From a virus: a stretch of 27,077 bases of DNA. The DNA lies in IMG/VR virus record IMGVR_UViG_3300045988_105798, positions 1 to 27,077 of that record. One strand, 5' to 3'. Numbering within the stretch: position 1 is the first letter of the stretch; every line of letters starts with the position of its first letter. The translations under genes and the position numbers were made by a program. The notes under the pieces are model-generated. The model was given only the letters and a program-made list of their open reading frames with translations. It ran no database searches and had not been told where the DNA came from. Below are positions 1 through 8,864 of the stretch, in pieces.

Positions 1-55
1 ATAGATGCTTCAAAAATTACATCTGGGGTAATTGATATTGAACGTCTACCCAAAG
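1..55. repeat. Exact 55-nt terminal overlap with 27023-27077 (circular closure of the contig)
   Basis: Both copies read atagatgcttcaaaaattacatctggggtaattgatattgaacgtctacccaaag. The overlap lies inside, and in frame with, the tail fibre ORF. Confidence 0.95.
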
Positions 56-1821
56 GAGCGTTAGAGAGATTAGTTATTGTTGCTAATCAATCAGAACGAT
101 ACGCATTAACTGCTGATGATGTTCAGGAAGGAGATACTGTAAAACAAGAAGATACAGGTGTACTGTATTTTGTTGTTGATATTGATAACCTAGCTAATGA
201 AAACGGCTACTCTATTTATACAGCGGGATCAGCAACTAGTGTACCTTGGTCAGGAGTGACAGGTAAACCTGATTTAGTTAACTCAGTTAAGTTAGTACTG
301 CCAAGTTCTATATTCACTAATTCTGGCAGTATACTTACAGGAAATGTAGAATTAGGATCATCTTTAAGTCCACAAACTGCTAATACAGTGTGAGCAGCTC
401 CAAGTGGCACATCTGGGGTACCAACATTTAGGAAATTAACTTTCCTAGATATGAATATAGTAGCGTCAGATGAATTTAACTATATACCACAGACATTTAA
501 AGGAGGAAGGCTAGTAATTAATCATAAAAACTCTGCTGGGGAGCAAAATACTAACAATACTATAACAGAATACCAATTTAAGGATGGGGCCAGTAATCTT
601 ACATACATAACAGCAAAAGGTTTTAAAACTTCGGAAAATCAGGAGCACAGGGTATTATGTTCAGATGGGTCTTCTAAATTCTTGTATGGACCATCAACTC
701 CTGGAACAGCAGGACAAGTATTAGTTTCAAATGGGACATCAGCTCCTGAATGGGGACAAGTACCTATAACTAGTATAGGAGGGCCTACTGGTGACACTAC
801 AACTTCTGATGATGTACCATATGGAATTACTCCATATATTGGAGAGTATCGTTCTGATAAATTAGCGTTTATAAAAAGTACTGATTTATATGGAGAAATA
901 AGTAAAAACAACGGAGAATTGTGAACTGAAGATCCTCAGGGGAGTAGTAGACTTATAAATTTATTTACTTCACAAGATAATAAGTATGGTCTACAATTAA
1001 TAGATACAGAAGATGTTAGCGTAACTACTCAATATAGACTTACTATAACTAATAGTGATAGATATTGTACCATTGATTGGATATATATATATATGTCTAC
1101 TAATGGTTCTGCTTATAATTGCTTCATTGAAGCATATAATCCTAGTTCTGAATCTTGAGATATAATATCTCAGGATGCTAGTTTACAGGGATGATCTGGA
1201 CCTAATTTTAGAGCTTTGACGTCCTCTCTATGTTATAACTATTCACCTAGAACATCCTCTCAATATTCAAAGCTAAGGTTTACATTTTCAACTAAAAGTA
1301 TTAGTGAAAAACATAGTGGGCAATTGACAGTCTATAGAATTTCTGGATATGGTATTTATGGCTGAATAATGCCTAACAATATGTCTCAAGTCGGTCAACT
1401 TTATTCTTGAGATAATGCTCAAAATGCTTCTTTTCCAGGAAGTGTATCGGCTATAAAATTTATCAGTGATGGAGGTACTAGTACTAATGTAACGATGGGA
1501 GATGGATCTCTAAAAGATCTTAAAACTAAACAATTAGTTGTAAACGGTACTATAAATAACTTTTATTCATCAGATAGTGTTGAGGTTAGACTTTATGCTC
1601 CTACTTCAGGTGGTACTAGTGGGCAGATTCTTGTATCTAATGGTAGTAATACTCCTAAATGAGCATCCTTAGATAGTTTAGGTATTCAGCCTGCTGGAAA
1701 CTATATTGAAGCTGGAGCTGGAACCCAACCTCAAATAAATACGATTACTGTTCTAACTCAATCAGAATATGATGGTTTATCAACAAAAGATTCTAATACT
1801 CAATATTTAATAGTTGAATAA
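1..1821 (+). CDS. Tail fibre protein, 3' portion. The gene starts at 25340 and continues across the circular junction.
   Basis: Frame 1 is open from base 1 to TAA 1819-1821 when TGA is read as Trp (in-frame TGA at 391, 922, 1156, 1192, 1363, 1408, 1660). It is in phase with the 25340 ORF through the 55-nt overlap. It has fibre-like motifs (IDASKITSGVIDIERLP). An internal repeat pair reads GQVLVSNGTSAPEW(TGG)GQV and GQILVSNGSNTPKW(TGA)ASL. Confidence 0.8.
1081..1094 (+). repeat. (AT)7 dinucleotide microsatellite inside the tail fibre ORF
   Basis: The sequence atatatatatatat encodes ..W-I-Y-I-Y-M... Confidence 0.9.
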
Positions 1822-1822
1822 T

Positions 1823-1936
1823 ATGAACGTAAAGACCGATTTAAAGGGATTTTATGTAGGTAACAGAAAGGGTATTGCCATTTATGTTGGCAGTACCCAA
1901 ATCTGGCCTGCAACGACTACAACTTCTAATAAATAG
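1823..1936 (+). CDS. Hypothetical small protein (37 aa)
   Basis: ATG lies 1 nt after the fibre stop and the ORF ends at TAG 1934-1936 (MNVKTDLKGFYVGNRKGIAIYVGSTQIWPATTTTSNK). Support is tight packing only. Confidence 0.35.
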   Translation: MNVKTDLKGFYVGNRKGIAIYVGSTQIWPATTTTSNK

Positions 1937-1944
1937 TCCTAATT

Positions 1945-2172
1945 ATGATATTACTAAAGAATTCCAAAAATACGCAGACTTTCTATATTGCCAAAAAGAC
2001 TGGAATAGAAAAAGGTCAATTACCCATTGGTAGTTATTCAAAATTAGAAGTAGATGCTTTATTTCAACCAAAAGGAGACTATATAACTGCTAATGAGTAT
2101 AATAACAAGATCAACGAGCTAGAAGCAACAATACAAGAGTTACAGAGTAAGTTAGCAGATTCTGATAAATAA
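1945..2172 (+). CDS. Small fibre-associated coiled-coil protein (75 aa)
   Basis: Intact ORF. Its C-terminal heptad-like segment is NKINELEATIQELQSKLADSDK. The YSKLEVDALFQPKGDY segment resembles repeats in the main fibre. Confidence 0.5.
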   Translation: MILLKNSKNTQTFYIAKKTGIEKGQLPIGSYSKLEVDALFQPKGDYITANEYNNKINELEATIQELQSKLADSDK

Positions 2173-2241
2173 TGTCAGTATTTTTATTATAACTTAAAGT
2201 GAGTAAAAAACTTGACATTAAAGGAGACATTTGTCTCCTTT
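2171..2241 (+). promoter_or_regulatory. Conserved intergenic element, copy 1 (AATGTCA box, T-rich spacer, GTGAGTAAAAAACTTGACA, hairpin)
   Basis: The core motif is at 2199-2217. AATGTCA (2171-2177) is inverted relative to TGACATT (2213-2219). A hairpin, AAAGGAGA/TCTCCTTT, is at 2220-2241. The element lies 101 nt upstream of the 2318 start. Confidence 0.6.
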
Positions 2242-2317
2242 AATTTTATTACTGTATCTAAAGTATTTATATTTTAGAAAAAAGATATGTAAAATTAATG
2301 TAAAACTATTGCAAATT

Positions 2318-2710
2318 ATGTATTACACTCTATTAATTCAGAATACTGTGAGTAAAGAAGTATATACATATAATTTGGAGAATTTAAATTATGACGAAAA
2401 TATTTATTATAAGTTCAATATTGTGTTGGATGATAATACACCTGACGGAGAATACCAATATCTGTTATTTGAGAATCCAAATCAAATTGAAGTTGTAGTA
2501 AACTATAATAACGTCTATGATAGCAAGTTATATGGAGATACTAAAATATTAGTAACGTTTACTAATACACTTACTAATGGAACTCAGATATTAATTGCTG
2601 GTAAGCCTATTATGTGACTATCTAGTGGATTAATAAGAATAGGAGGCTATAAATCTAATAATTATCAATATAATAAACAAAACAAATACCAAGTATATGA
2701 CAGAAAATAA
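2318..2710 (+). CDS. Hypothetical protein (130 aa)
   Basis: Start taken at ATG 2318 (MYYTLLIQ...). In-frame TGA at 2615-2617. The ORF ends at TAA 2708-2710. Confidence 0.55.
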
Positions 2711-3779
2711 GAAAAGTTTGAAGATGTCGGCCATAGATCCATATATTGTAAGTAACATAGTAGAGCCTACAGAAAGTAAGAAAAGAGGATCAGATATGAT
2801 AATGTGAGGCGATAATAATTGCTATCCTGTTTACTTATGGGATCTATATTTAAACTGTGCAACATTACAGTCAATTATCAACGGAACTGCCGATTTTATC
2901 GTTGGAGACGATGTTATTTGTAATAAAGATGGATTTAACGTAGTTGTTAATAAGAAAGGTGAAACTATAGTAGACCTCTTTAGAAAGATAGCAATAGATA
3001 AGATGATTTTTGGAGGATATGCTGTTCAAGTAATTAGAAATATGATTGGAGAAGTCAGTGAGATTTATCACTTAGACTTTATGAAGATCCGTTCTAATGA
3101 AAAGAATACAGTTCTTTATTATGCAGATGATTGGGAGGCTTGGTCAGTTAAGGCTTTAACTTATCCTAAATATGAGATAAACGATAGTGCTCCTTCTTCT
3201 GTAGTTTATAATAAAGGCTATGTAACAAGAAGTGTATATCCAATTCCAGTTTATGGAGCTGCTCTATTAAGTTGCGAAACTGAGAAGTGTATTAATCAAT
3301 TCCATTTAAATAATCTTAATAATGGATTTATGAGTAATCTTATTATCAACTTTAATAATGGAACTCCTACAGATGAAGCACAAGAAGAGATTGAACGTAC
3401 TATTAACGAGAAGTTCTCTGGATACCAAAATACTGGACGTATTCTTATTTCTTATAATGATTCAGATGTAAATAAGACTACTGTTGAAAGACTTGATTCT
3501 GATGATTTCGATGAACGATATGAATCATTAGCAACTAGAACAAGAGAGCAAATATTCTGCGCTTTCAGAGCTAATCCAAATCTTTTCGGAATTAACTCAG
3601 ATTCTACAGGATTTAATATGCAAGAATTTGAATCAGCATTTAGACTTTATAATAGAACTATGGTTAAGCCAATACAGAAAGAGATGTGCGATACTTTTGA
3701 TAAGATCTTTAATATGAAGAACTCTATAACAATAGTTCCATTTACATTAGATACAGCAGACTCTAAAACAATCGAATAA
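2697..3779 (+). CDS. Portal protein (360 aa)
   Basis: ATG 2697 is in the same frame as track ORF 3003-3779 through TGA 2805-2807 (..DMIMW GDNNCYPVYLWDLYLNCATLQSIINGTADFIVG..). The overall pattern resembles phage portals, but this was judged by eye only. Confidence 0.65.
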
Positions 3780-3781
3780 TT

Positions 3782-4429
3782 ATGGAATATAGAAACGTAT
3801 TACTTATATCGGAAGATTATATTAAGTCAGAAAGCAATTTAGATAACAACGTTTCTGGCAAATATCTTCAAAGTGCTATTAAACTAGCACAAGACATAGA
3901 ACTGCAGTCTTTAATTGGAACTAAGCTATTAGAGGCATTACAAAAGAAATGTATTGACTGAGTAGATCCAAGTGTTGAAGGTGCAGATTCAATAGATGAT
4001 CCAGATAATATTAAGTATAAAGAACTATTAGATTATTATGTTACTCCATTCTTGTTATTTCAAGTATTATCGGAAGTAATCGTTCCTATTACTTATAAAC
4101 TAAGTAATTTTGGAGTTATGAGAACTGATGATGAGAAAGATATAGCTGCAGATGCAAGTCAAGTTAATCTATTACGTAAATATTACAAAGATAAAGCAGA
4201 TTTCTTTAAAGCAAGATTACAAGATTGGGTTATTACATATTATAATGATTTTCCTGAATTGTATTCATATAAACCATTAAAAGATATGTATCCTAATTTA
4301 TATAGCGCAAGTAGCTGCGGTATTTGGTTAGGTGGTGCTAGAGGTAAAGGATTTTATACTAATCCAAATATAGGACCTTTACAGAGAGCTTATGATTTCC
4401 CAAGTTCAAATAACAATAAAAAGAAATAG
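3782..4429 (+). CDS. Head-tail connector/adaptor-like protein (215 aa)
   Basis: ATG 3782 is in the same frame as 4052-4429 through TGA 3959-3961. It lies immediately after the portal gene. Confidence 0.5.
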
Positions 4430-4430
4430 T

Positions 4431-4853
4431 ATGACATATTATGAAATAATCAATGGGCTAAAAGAATCTGCTCTTATGGAGCCTAATATTAATTTCGCTG
4501 GCAGTAAAGATATCTATGAGTTAAATAGCCTTCCTAATATAGATTATAATGTATTCTATATAACTCCAAATACATTTAATCTTGATGAAGATACTATTAC
4601 ATACTCATTGAATCTTTACTATGTTGCCAGATGAGATGAAACAGACGAGAATCAACTTGAAGAACAGTCTGCTGGAATTTTAGCTCTTACAAATATAATT
4701 ACCCGATTTAATAACACCTATCCTGATGTTCAATTATCTTACCCTTTAATATTTACTCCATTTTATCAAAAGTTCAAAGATATATGTACTGGAATATTTG
4801 TAAGAGTAGATATAATGGTAGATAATGTATTAGGAGTATGCGAAAATATATAG
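4431..4853 (+). CDS. Hypothetical structural (neck?) protein (140 aa)
   Basis: ATG 4431 (MTYYEIINGL..). In-frame TGA at 4632-4634. The ORF ends at TAG 4851-4853. Confidence 0.5.
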
Positions 4854-4874
4854 TATATATACATATATTTCCAA

Positions 4875-5531
4875 ATGGAAAACAAATTAAAATGATTCGG
4901 ACAGGTACTTGATTGAGTTAATAAATACGGGTTATGACAGATTATAAAAGGCGGATTTGCATTTATATTTGTATCTTATGTCTTTATAATCTCTCTAAAT
5001 CCAGGCATTATATATGATAAGGTTGTTACTTACATAGAAAAGGTTCATAACGTTAAGCAAGTAACCAGACAAGATGCAGACATCAAAATACGTTACATCT
5101 TGAAAGATTTAAGATTATCTACAAATGCAGATAGAGCTTGAGTTATTGAGTACCATAACGGTACATCTGGATTAGGAGGACTTCCATTTACATACGGAAT
5201 TATGAACAATGAAGAATTAGAAGAAGGAGTAAATTCAGTGTCTAGACATTATAGAGACTTCTTGTTATCTGAGTATTTGTTTATTTTGGAGACTTCTAAA
5301 CAAGGTGGATGAATAGGTAGTGTTGAGGATATAAAACAGTATGATACAAAAATGTACTATTCGTTTAAATCTAATGGTGTTAATAAATTAGCTTTATTTT
5401 ATTTAAAATCGGAATACAGAGATATTGGAGTAGTCGGCCTTTCATATTGTGATAATGAGATGCCAGAAGATACTTGAGTTAAATTAAGAGATGCAGGAAT
5501 AAAAATAAGCATAATTTTAAATAAAGAGTAA
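4875..5531 (+). CDS. Membrane-anchored protein with a possible GAF-like soluble domain (218 aa)
   Basis: ATG 4875 to TAA 5529-5531 is one frame with six in-frame TGA codons. It has an N-terminal hydrophobic helix (IIKGGFAFIFVSYVFIISL). It is invisible in the standard-code ORF track. Confidence 0.6.
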
Positions 5532-5532
5532 T

Positions 5533-5694
5533 ATGAAGTATTGGGTAAAGTATTTAATCGCAGTTGTGATAATTATTGCAGTTTTGGTATTAGTAAAAGT
5601 AATTCCTTTCTGGATTACTATGGTATTACTTGCTTTAGCAGTAGGTAGCCATTTATTTTACAGATATCTAACACTTAAAGACATTATAAAATAA
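5533..5694 (+). CDS. Holin candidate (53 aa, two hydrophobic helices)
   Basis: Sequence is MKYWVKYLIAVVIIIAVLVLVKVIPFWITMVLLALAVGSHLFYRYLTLKDIIK. Its stop overlaps the endolysin start (TAATG). Confidence 0.55.
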   Translation: MKYWVKYLIAVVIIIAVLVLVKVIPFWITMVLLALAVGSHLFYRYLTLKDIIK

Positions 5695-6143
5695 TGAAGT
5701 ATTTTACAGTAGAGGAGTTAACTGAATCATCTACAGCAATTAAGGAAAATATAGACAACACTCCAAGTAAGGAGATCACTGAACACCTGATTGAGTTAAT
5801 AGAGGAACTCTTAGATCCTATTAGAGAAAAATGGGCAGAGTATTGTAATATTAATAAACTTGGAAATCCAGCAATAAGTGTAAGTTCAGGTTATAGATGC
5901 AAAGAGCTTAATAAAGCTGTAAATGGTTCAGTTACATCTGCACATATGACTGGTTATGCTGCAGACCTTCAAAATGTCTCTGGAAGTAGAGAAGAATTTT
6001 ATCAATTCCTATTAAACTTTTTGAAGGATAGAAATTTCGATGAATGTTTTAGTGAATATAATAAGTACACTAAGTGAATACACATAGCATTATATAATAG
6101 TAAAAAATTACAAAGAAAAAAAGTAGGTAAATTATATGTATAG
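5694..6143 (+). CDS. Peptidase M15 (LAS-type zinc D-Ala-D-Ala/L-Ala-D-Glu peptidase) endolysin
   Basis: It has the SGYRCKELNKAVNGSVTSAHMTGYAAD motif (H-x6-D zinc motif). The ORF continues through TGA 6075-6077 into W-I-H-I-A and ends at TAG 6141-6143. Confidence 0.8.
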
Positions 6144-6276
6144 TATCTATGTTCATATAAATAAATTAAATCATAAAATGCATAGTAAACCAATACGGGC
6201 AATTAATGAAGATGAGGTTTTGGAGTTCGATTCTGTATCTAAAAAAGCCTATGGTTATAGGTGAGAATATATTTAA
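6136..6276 (+). pseudogene. Homing-endonuclease remnant (46 aa)
   Basis: Sequence is MYSIYVHINKLNHKMHSKPIRAINEDEVLEFDSVSKKAYGYRW(TGA)EYI. It has a GIY-like start fused directly to the C-terminal G-Y-x-W tail typical of free-standing homing endonucleases. The catalytic core is missing. Confidence 0.4.
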
Positions 6277-6289
6277 GATAAAATAAAGT

Positions 6290-6320
6290 AAGGGAGCCTT
6301 TTGAGCTCCCTTTTCTTTTT
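6290..6320. terminator. Bidirectional intrinsic terminator between convergent arms
   Basis: The stem AAGGGAGC (6290-6297) pairs with GCTCCCTT (6305-6312) and is followed by ttttcttttt. An A-run lies upstream. Confidence 0.7.
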
Positions 6321-6419
6321 AATAGATAATCTTACCAGTTTGCAAATCTACTAAGAATTTACTATTTTCGGGAATTACATAAACGTAATTTACTCCATTT
6401 AAGCATAATTTATATCATA

Positions 6420-6554
6420 TTAGTCAATATATGTTGCGTTAGGAATCTCTGGTTTTTCTTCTACTTCTTCCCAAACTAAACCTCTATTCTGGTTTTCTAG
6501 TTGAACTATTCTGTATTCTAGTTCTTCAAGCTTTTTAAATAAATAATCATCCAT
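6420..6554 (-). CDS. Hypothetical small protein (44 aa)
   Basis: Sequence is MDDYLFKKLEELEYRIVQLENQNRGLVWEEVEEKPEIPNATYID. Trp is encoded by TGG. Confidence 0.45.
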   Translation of the reverse strand: MDDYLFKKLEELEYRIVQLENQNRGLVWEEVEEKPEIPNATYID

Positions 6555-6556
6555 AA

Positions 6557-6712
6557 TTAATCAAATTTAGAAATAAACATATAATCTTTATCTTTTAATA
6601 CTTTATCTATAATATCACCAAATCTTTTAGTAGCCTCTTTACATTCGAGCATTCATTTATCCAATTCTTTAATATACTCTTCTGTTTCTTTAATTGTTTC
6701 TTTAATATCCAT
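6557..6712 (-). CDS. Hypothetical small protein (51 aa under code 4)
   Basis: Sequence is MDIKETIKETEEYIKELDKW(TGA)MLECKEATKRFGDIIDKVLKDKDYMFISKFD. Under the standard code it would split at TGA-ATG into 19-aa and 31-aa ORFs. Confidence 0.4.
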
Positions 6713-6784
6713 AATTAAAATATTTTAATAAATGTCTATTTTTTACTCAACTAATGTATATAGATAAAAATAAAAATAGACATA

Positions 6785-8503
6785 CTAATTTTTAAAGACA
6801 TACTTTTTACCTATAATAGTATATCCATAAGATCTGTTTCCATTCACTGATTTTTTAGTTACCTTAACTTCATAATATTTTGTAATATCAGTAGCTTTAG
6901 CATTAGTTTTATTAACTAAATCATAAGCTTTTTGTAGTATCTTTTTAATATCAGTATTAGAATACCACATACCTAAAGTTATATTTTGATTAAGTTTATT
7001 TGCTACTTTATTATCTACAGATTTATCTGAAGTTTTAATAAGTTCATCTTTTATTTTAGTAATACAGTATTTTAGAGTGGCCATTTTATTGAATCCAAGT
7101 TTAGTAATAGCATCCATTAACCAAGGGTATTTAATAAGAGCATCATCTAATTTTGGGGTGTTTACCTTATATAAGGTTTCATATTCCTCTCTTACTTCTT
7201 TAATTATATCTTTAAATGCTTTTGTTTTAGTATTTAGATCTATTTTTATAGAATTATCATATTGTTCTACCACTTTATTAAATCCTTTATTAATATATTC
7301 CTTAGAAAGATTAGCTCTAGCAGAATACAGTCCTCTAGATACTTTAAAATTAAATAAATCAATTTTAGCCATATTAGGGTCAAATTCAAATACATCATCC
7401 CAATTTAATTTAATGTATGCATCAGAAGTAAATTCTCTAAGTTTCTTTTTAGCTATCTCTGGAAGTTTATTGTATGCTTCTACAGCAATTTTAGTTTCTT
7501 CAATATTCTGGATATTAAGCTTTTTAAATTCTTCATAAGATATATCAGCATATCTTGTTGTAGAATAAATGTGAGTTATCCAATTAATATATTTACTATT
7601 TCTAATTCTACCAGCAATCTGCTGTATAGAAGTTGATATATCAAGTAATGTATTAGCTTTACTTGGATCAGATATAATTATTATCCTTCCATTTTCATCA
7701 TAAATATCTGAACCTTCAAATACAGTTGAAGTTAATAAGTTGATCTTTTTAGGTTCATCTAAGACTGTTGAATTAGGAATTGACAGTTTAGTTTTATTGT
7801 TTTTGGAATATATAACTCTGGTATTATTAGATGTTAATTTGGCTTTCTTAATAAGGTTCTTTATAAAGTCTACTGAATTAACGAATATGTAGGCGTTACC
7901 TTCAACCTGTCCGTTTAAAAATCCATTTATAAGTTTAATAGTAGAAGCTTCTACATTATCACATTTAACAGTTTGCACTTTTACATCTATAACATCATCC
8001 CATTCCTGCTTTACTAATTCTAAATCTTTTAATTCATCTAATACAAACTCTTCCTCTAAAGGTGTTGCTGTCATAAATGTAAAATTACCAAATAATTTAT
8101 AATATTTAAGCACTGATTGAATAGCAGAGCTTCTAAAGCTATACTGATTAAAGAGAATATGATATTCATCAATTAAAATGCTAAACTCTTTAGGATTAAT
8201 TGCAGAAATAACTTTATAAAGAGAATCATAGGTAACAATGATTTTAGGGCATTTAACACTATCTACATAATCTTTAATCTCTTTAATAGTAACACCAGCA
8301 TAAACTCCAAATATCTTCTCAGTACGTCTTTCATTTGGATATTGTTGAAGTTTATTTTCAACTAAGCTAGTAAATGGAACACAAATAACATAAGGCTTAT
8401 TGCATTCAATTGCCATTGAAGTTCCTCCACATCCAACTTTTCCTTTATCAAATAAGCAGTTAGTTGGCAACTCATTAATAATTTCATTTAAATATGTTTT
8501 CAT
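6785..8503 (-). CDS. Superfamily-2 DExH helicase (572 aa)
   Basis: Start taken at MKTYLNEII (8503). It has a P-loop-like GKVGCGGTS, ILIDEYH (DExH), MTATP (motif III) and QQIAGRIRN (motif VI). It has no in-frame TGA, and all 5 Trp are TGG. Confidence 0.8.
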   Translation of the reverse strand: MKTYLNEIINELPTNCLFDKGKVGCGGTSMAIECNKPYVICVPFTSLVENKLQQYPNERRTEKIFGVYAGVTIKEIKDYVDSVKCPKIIVTYDSLYKVISAINPKEFSILIDEYHILFNQYSFRSSAIQSVLKYYKLFGNFTFMTATPLEEEFVLDELKDLELVKQEWDDVIDVKVQTVKCDNVEASTIKLINGFLNGQVEGNAYIFVNSVDFIKNLIKKAKLTSNNTRVIYSKNNKTKLSIPNSTVLDEPKKINLLTSTVFEGSDIYDENGRIIIISDPSKANTLLDISTSIQQIAGRIRNSKYINWITHIYSTTRYADISYEEFKKLNIQNIEETKIAVEAYNKLPEIAKKKLREFTSDAYIKLNWDDVFEFDPNMAKIDLFNFKVSRGLYSARANLSKEYINKGFNKVVEQYDNSIKIDLNTKTKAFKDIIKEVREEYETLYKVNTPKLDDALIKYPWLMDAITKLGFNKMATLKYCITKIKDELIKTSDKSVDNKVANKLNQNITLGMWYSNTDIKKILQKAYDLVNKTNAKATDITKYYEVKVTKKSVNGNRSYGYTIIGKKYVFKN

Positions 8504-8525
8504 AGTTGTAATAATTTTGGTTATT

Positions 8526-8576
8526 AATTGTCTATTTTTATTTTTTCTATACACATCAGGTGAGTAAAAATTTGAC
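8526..8576 (+). promoter_or_regulatory. Conserved intergenic element, copy 4 (degenerate upstream box, GTGAGTAAAAATTTGACA)
   Basis: The core motif is at 8559-8576 in + orientation. It lies between the helicase start (8503, minus strand) and the hairpin at 8593-8613. Confidence 0.5.
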
Positions 8577-8586
8577 ACCTTAATGT

Positions 8587-8613
8587 TAAAAAGAGGCAGG
8601 ACTTTCACCTGCC
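8587..8613 (-). terminator. Intrinsic terminator on the minus strand, upstream of the helicase gene
   Basis: AGGCAGG (8593-8599) pairs with CCTGCCT (8607-8613). On the minus strand the hairpin is followed by CTTTTT (8592-8587). Confidence 0.55.
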
Positions 8614-8622
8614 TGGAATTAG

Positions 8623-8688
8623 TTAAAAAGAAATATTAAAAAATCCAAAAAATGAAGATTTTGATTTCTTGGCTTTTTCAGTATTCAT
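8623..8688 (-). CDS. Tiny leader-like ORF (21 aa)
   Basis: Sequence is MNTEKAKKSKSSFFGFFNISF. It lies between the minus-strand promoter (8722-8753) and the terminator (8587-8613). Coding status is uncertain. Confidence 0.2.
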   Translation of the reverse strand: MNTEKAKKSKSSFFGFFNISF

Positions 8689-8721
8689 AGTTATATGGTT
8701 TTATTGTTAATTTTGATAGTA

Positions 8722-8753
8722 CAAATATACAACATATTTTTTCAATTTCCAAA
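8722..8753 (-). promoter_or_regulatory. Bacteroidota-type promoter (minus strand): TTTG-N20-TATATTTG
   Basis: CAAATATA at 8722-8729 and CAAA at 8750-8753 on the + strand read as TTTG-N20-TATATTTG on the minus strand. Confidence 0.6.
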
Positions 8754-8800
8754 TTTTTGAGGTATTATTTTCATAAAAATTTTTCTCGTATTTCGATATA

Positions 8801-8831
8801 CAAATATAATAATAATTTTTTAATCTGCAAA
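8801..8831 (-). promoter_or_regulatory. Bacteroidota-type promoter (minus strand): TTTG-N19-TATATTTG
   Basis: CAAATATA lies at 8801-8808 and CAAA at 8828-8831 on the + strand. Confidence 0.55.
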
Positions 8832-8832
8832 A

Positions 8833-8864
8833 TTTGCATATTAAATATAAAATACTTATATTTG
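8833..8864 (+). promoter_or_regulatory. Bacteroidota-type promoter (+ strand): TTTG-N20-TATATTTG
   Basis: TTTG is at 8833-8836 and TATATTTG at 8857-8864, 46 nt upstream of ATG 8910. Its -33 element is back-to-back with the minus-strand -33 element inside the palindrome TGCAAA-A-TTTGCA. Confidence 0.6.

Noticed and set aside
639-911. Minus-strand ORFs antisense to structural genes (216-410, 639-911, 2871-3071, 16147-16344, 19190-19408, 21608-21856, 22591-22794, 22838-23125, 23389-23601, 23570-23758, 24619-24810, 26296-26499)
   Set aside because: All lie within longer + strand genes that have recognisable products. They have no independent signals.
2199-2217. AAG|GTGAGTA as an intron 5' splice-site-like or group II intron boundary
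   Set aside because: There are no intron-encoded features, no matching 3' boundary, and the context is intergenic. The resemblance is coincidental.
2231-2317. Upstream extension of ORF 2231-2617
   Set aside because: It begins at a non-ATG codon inside the copy 1 hairpin, and the sequence is low-complexity. ATG 2318 is preferred.
5694-6143. A Mollicutes (Mycoplasma/Spiroplasma) host as the simple explanation for code 4
   Set aside because: The phage carries a peptidoglycan-directed M15 endolysin and a holin-like gene, which have no target in a wall-less host. The promoters and lack of SD sites look Bacteroidota-like.
6205-6245. tRNA-like T-arm (GGAGTTCGATTCTGT)
   Set aside because: The stem has a central mismatch, there is no complementary acceptor stem about 65 nt upstream, and the region reads cleanly as the coding tail of an endonuclease remnant.
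6319-6438. Protein-like minus-strand frame (..NGVNYVYVIPENSKFLVDLQTGKIIY*) downstream of gene 6420-6554
   Set aside because: It has no ATG, GTG or TTG start. It would require a -1 shift from the upstream gene, and I see no slippery site. It is left unannotated.
7077-7538. 153-aa + strand ORF inside the helicase gene
   Set aside because: It is the antisense shadow of a well-supported 572-aa minus-strand gene, and the peptide is low-complexity Leu/Ser/Ile-rich.
8504-8608. N-terminal extension of the helicase ORF in the track (start at 8608)
   Set aside because: The extension runs through the conserved motif and a terminator hairpin. MKTYLNEII at 8503 is the plausible start.
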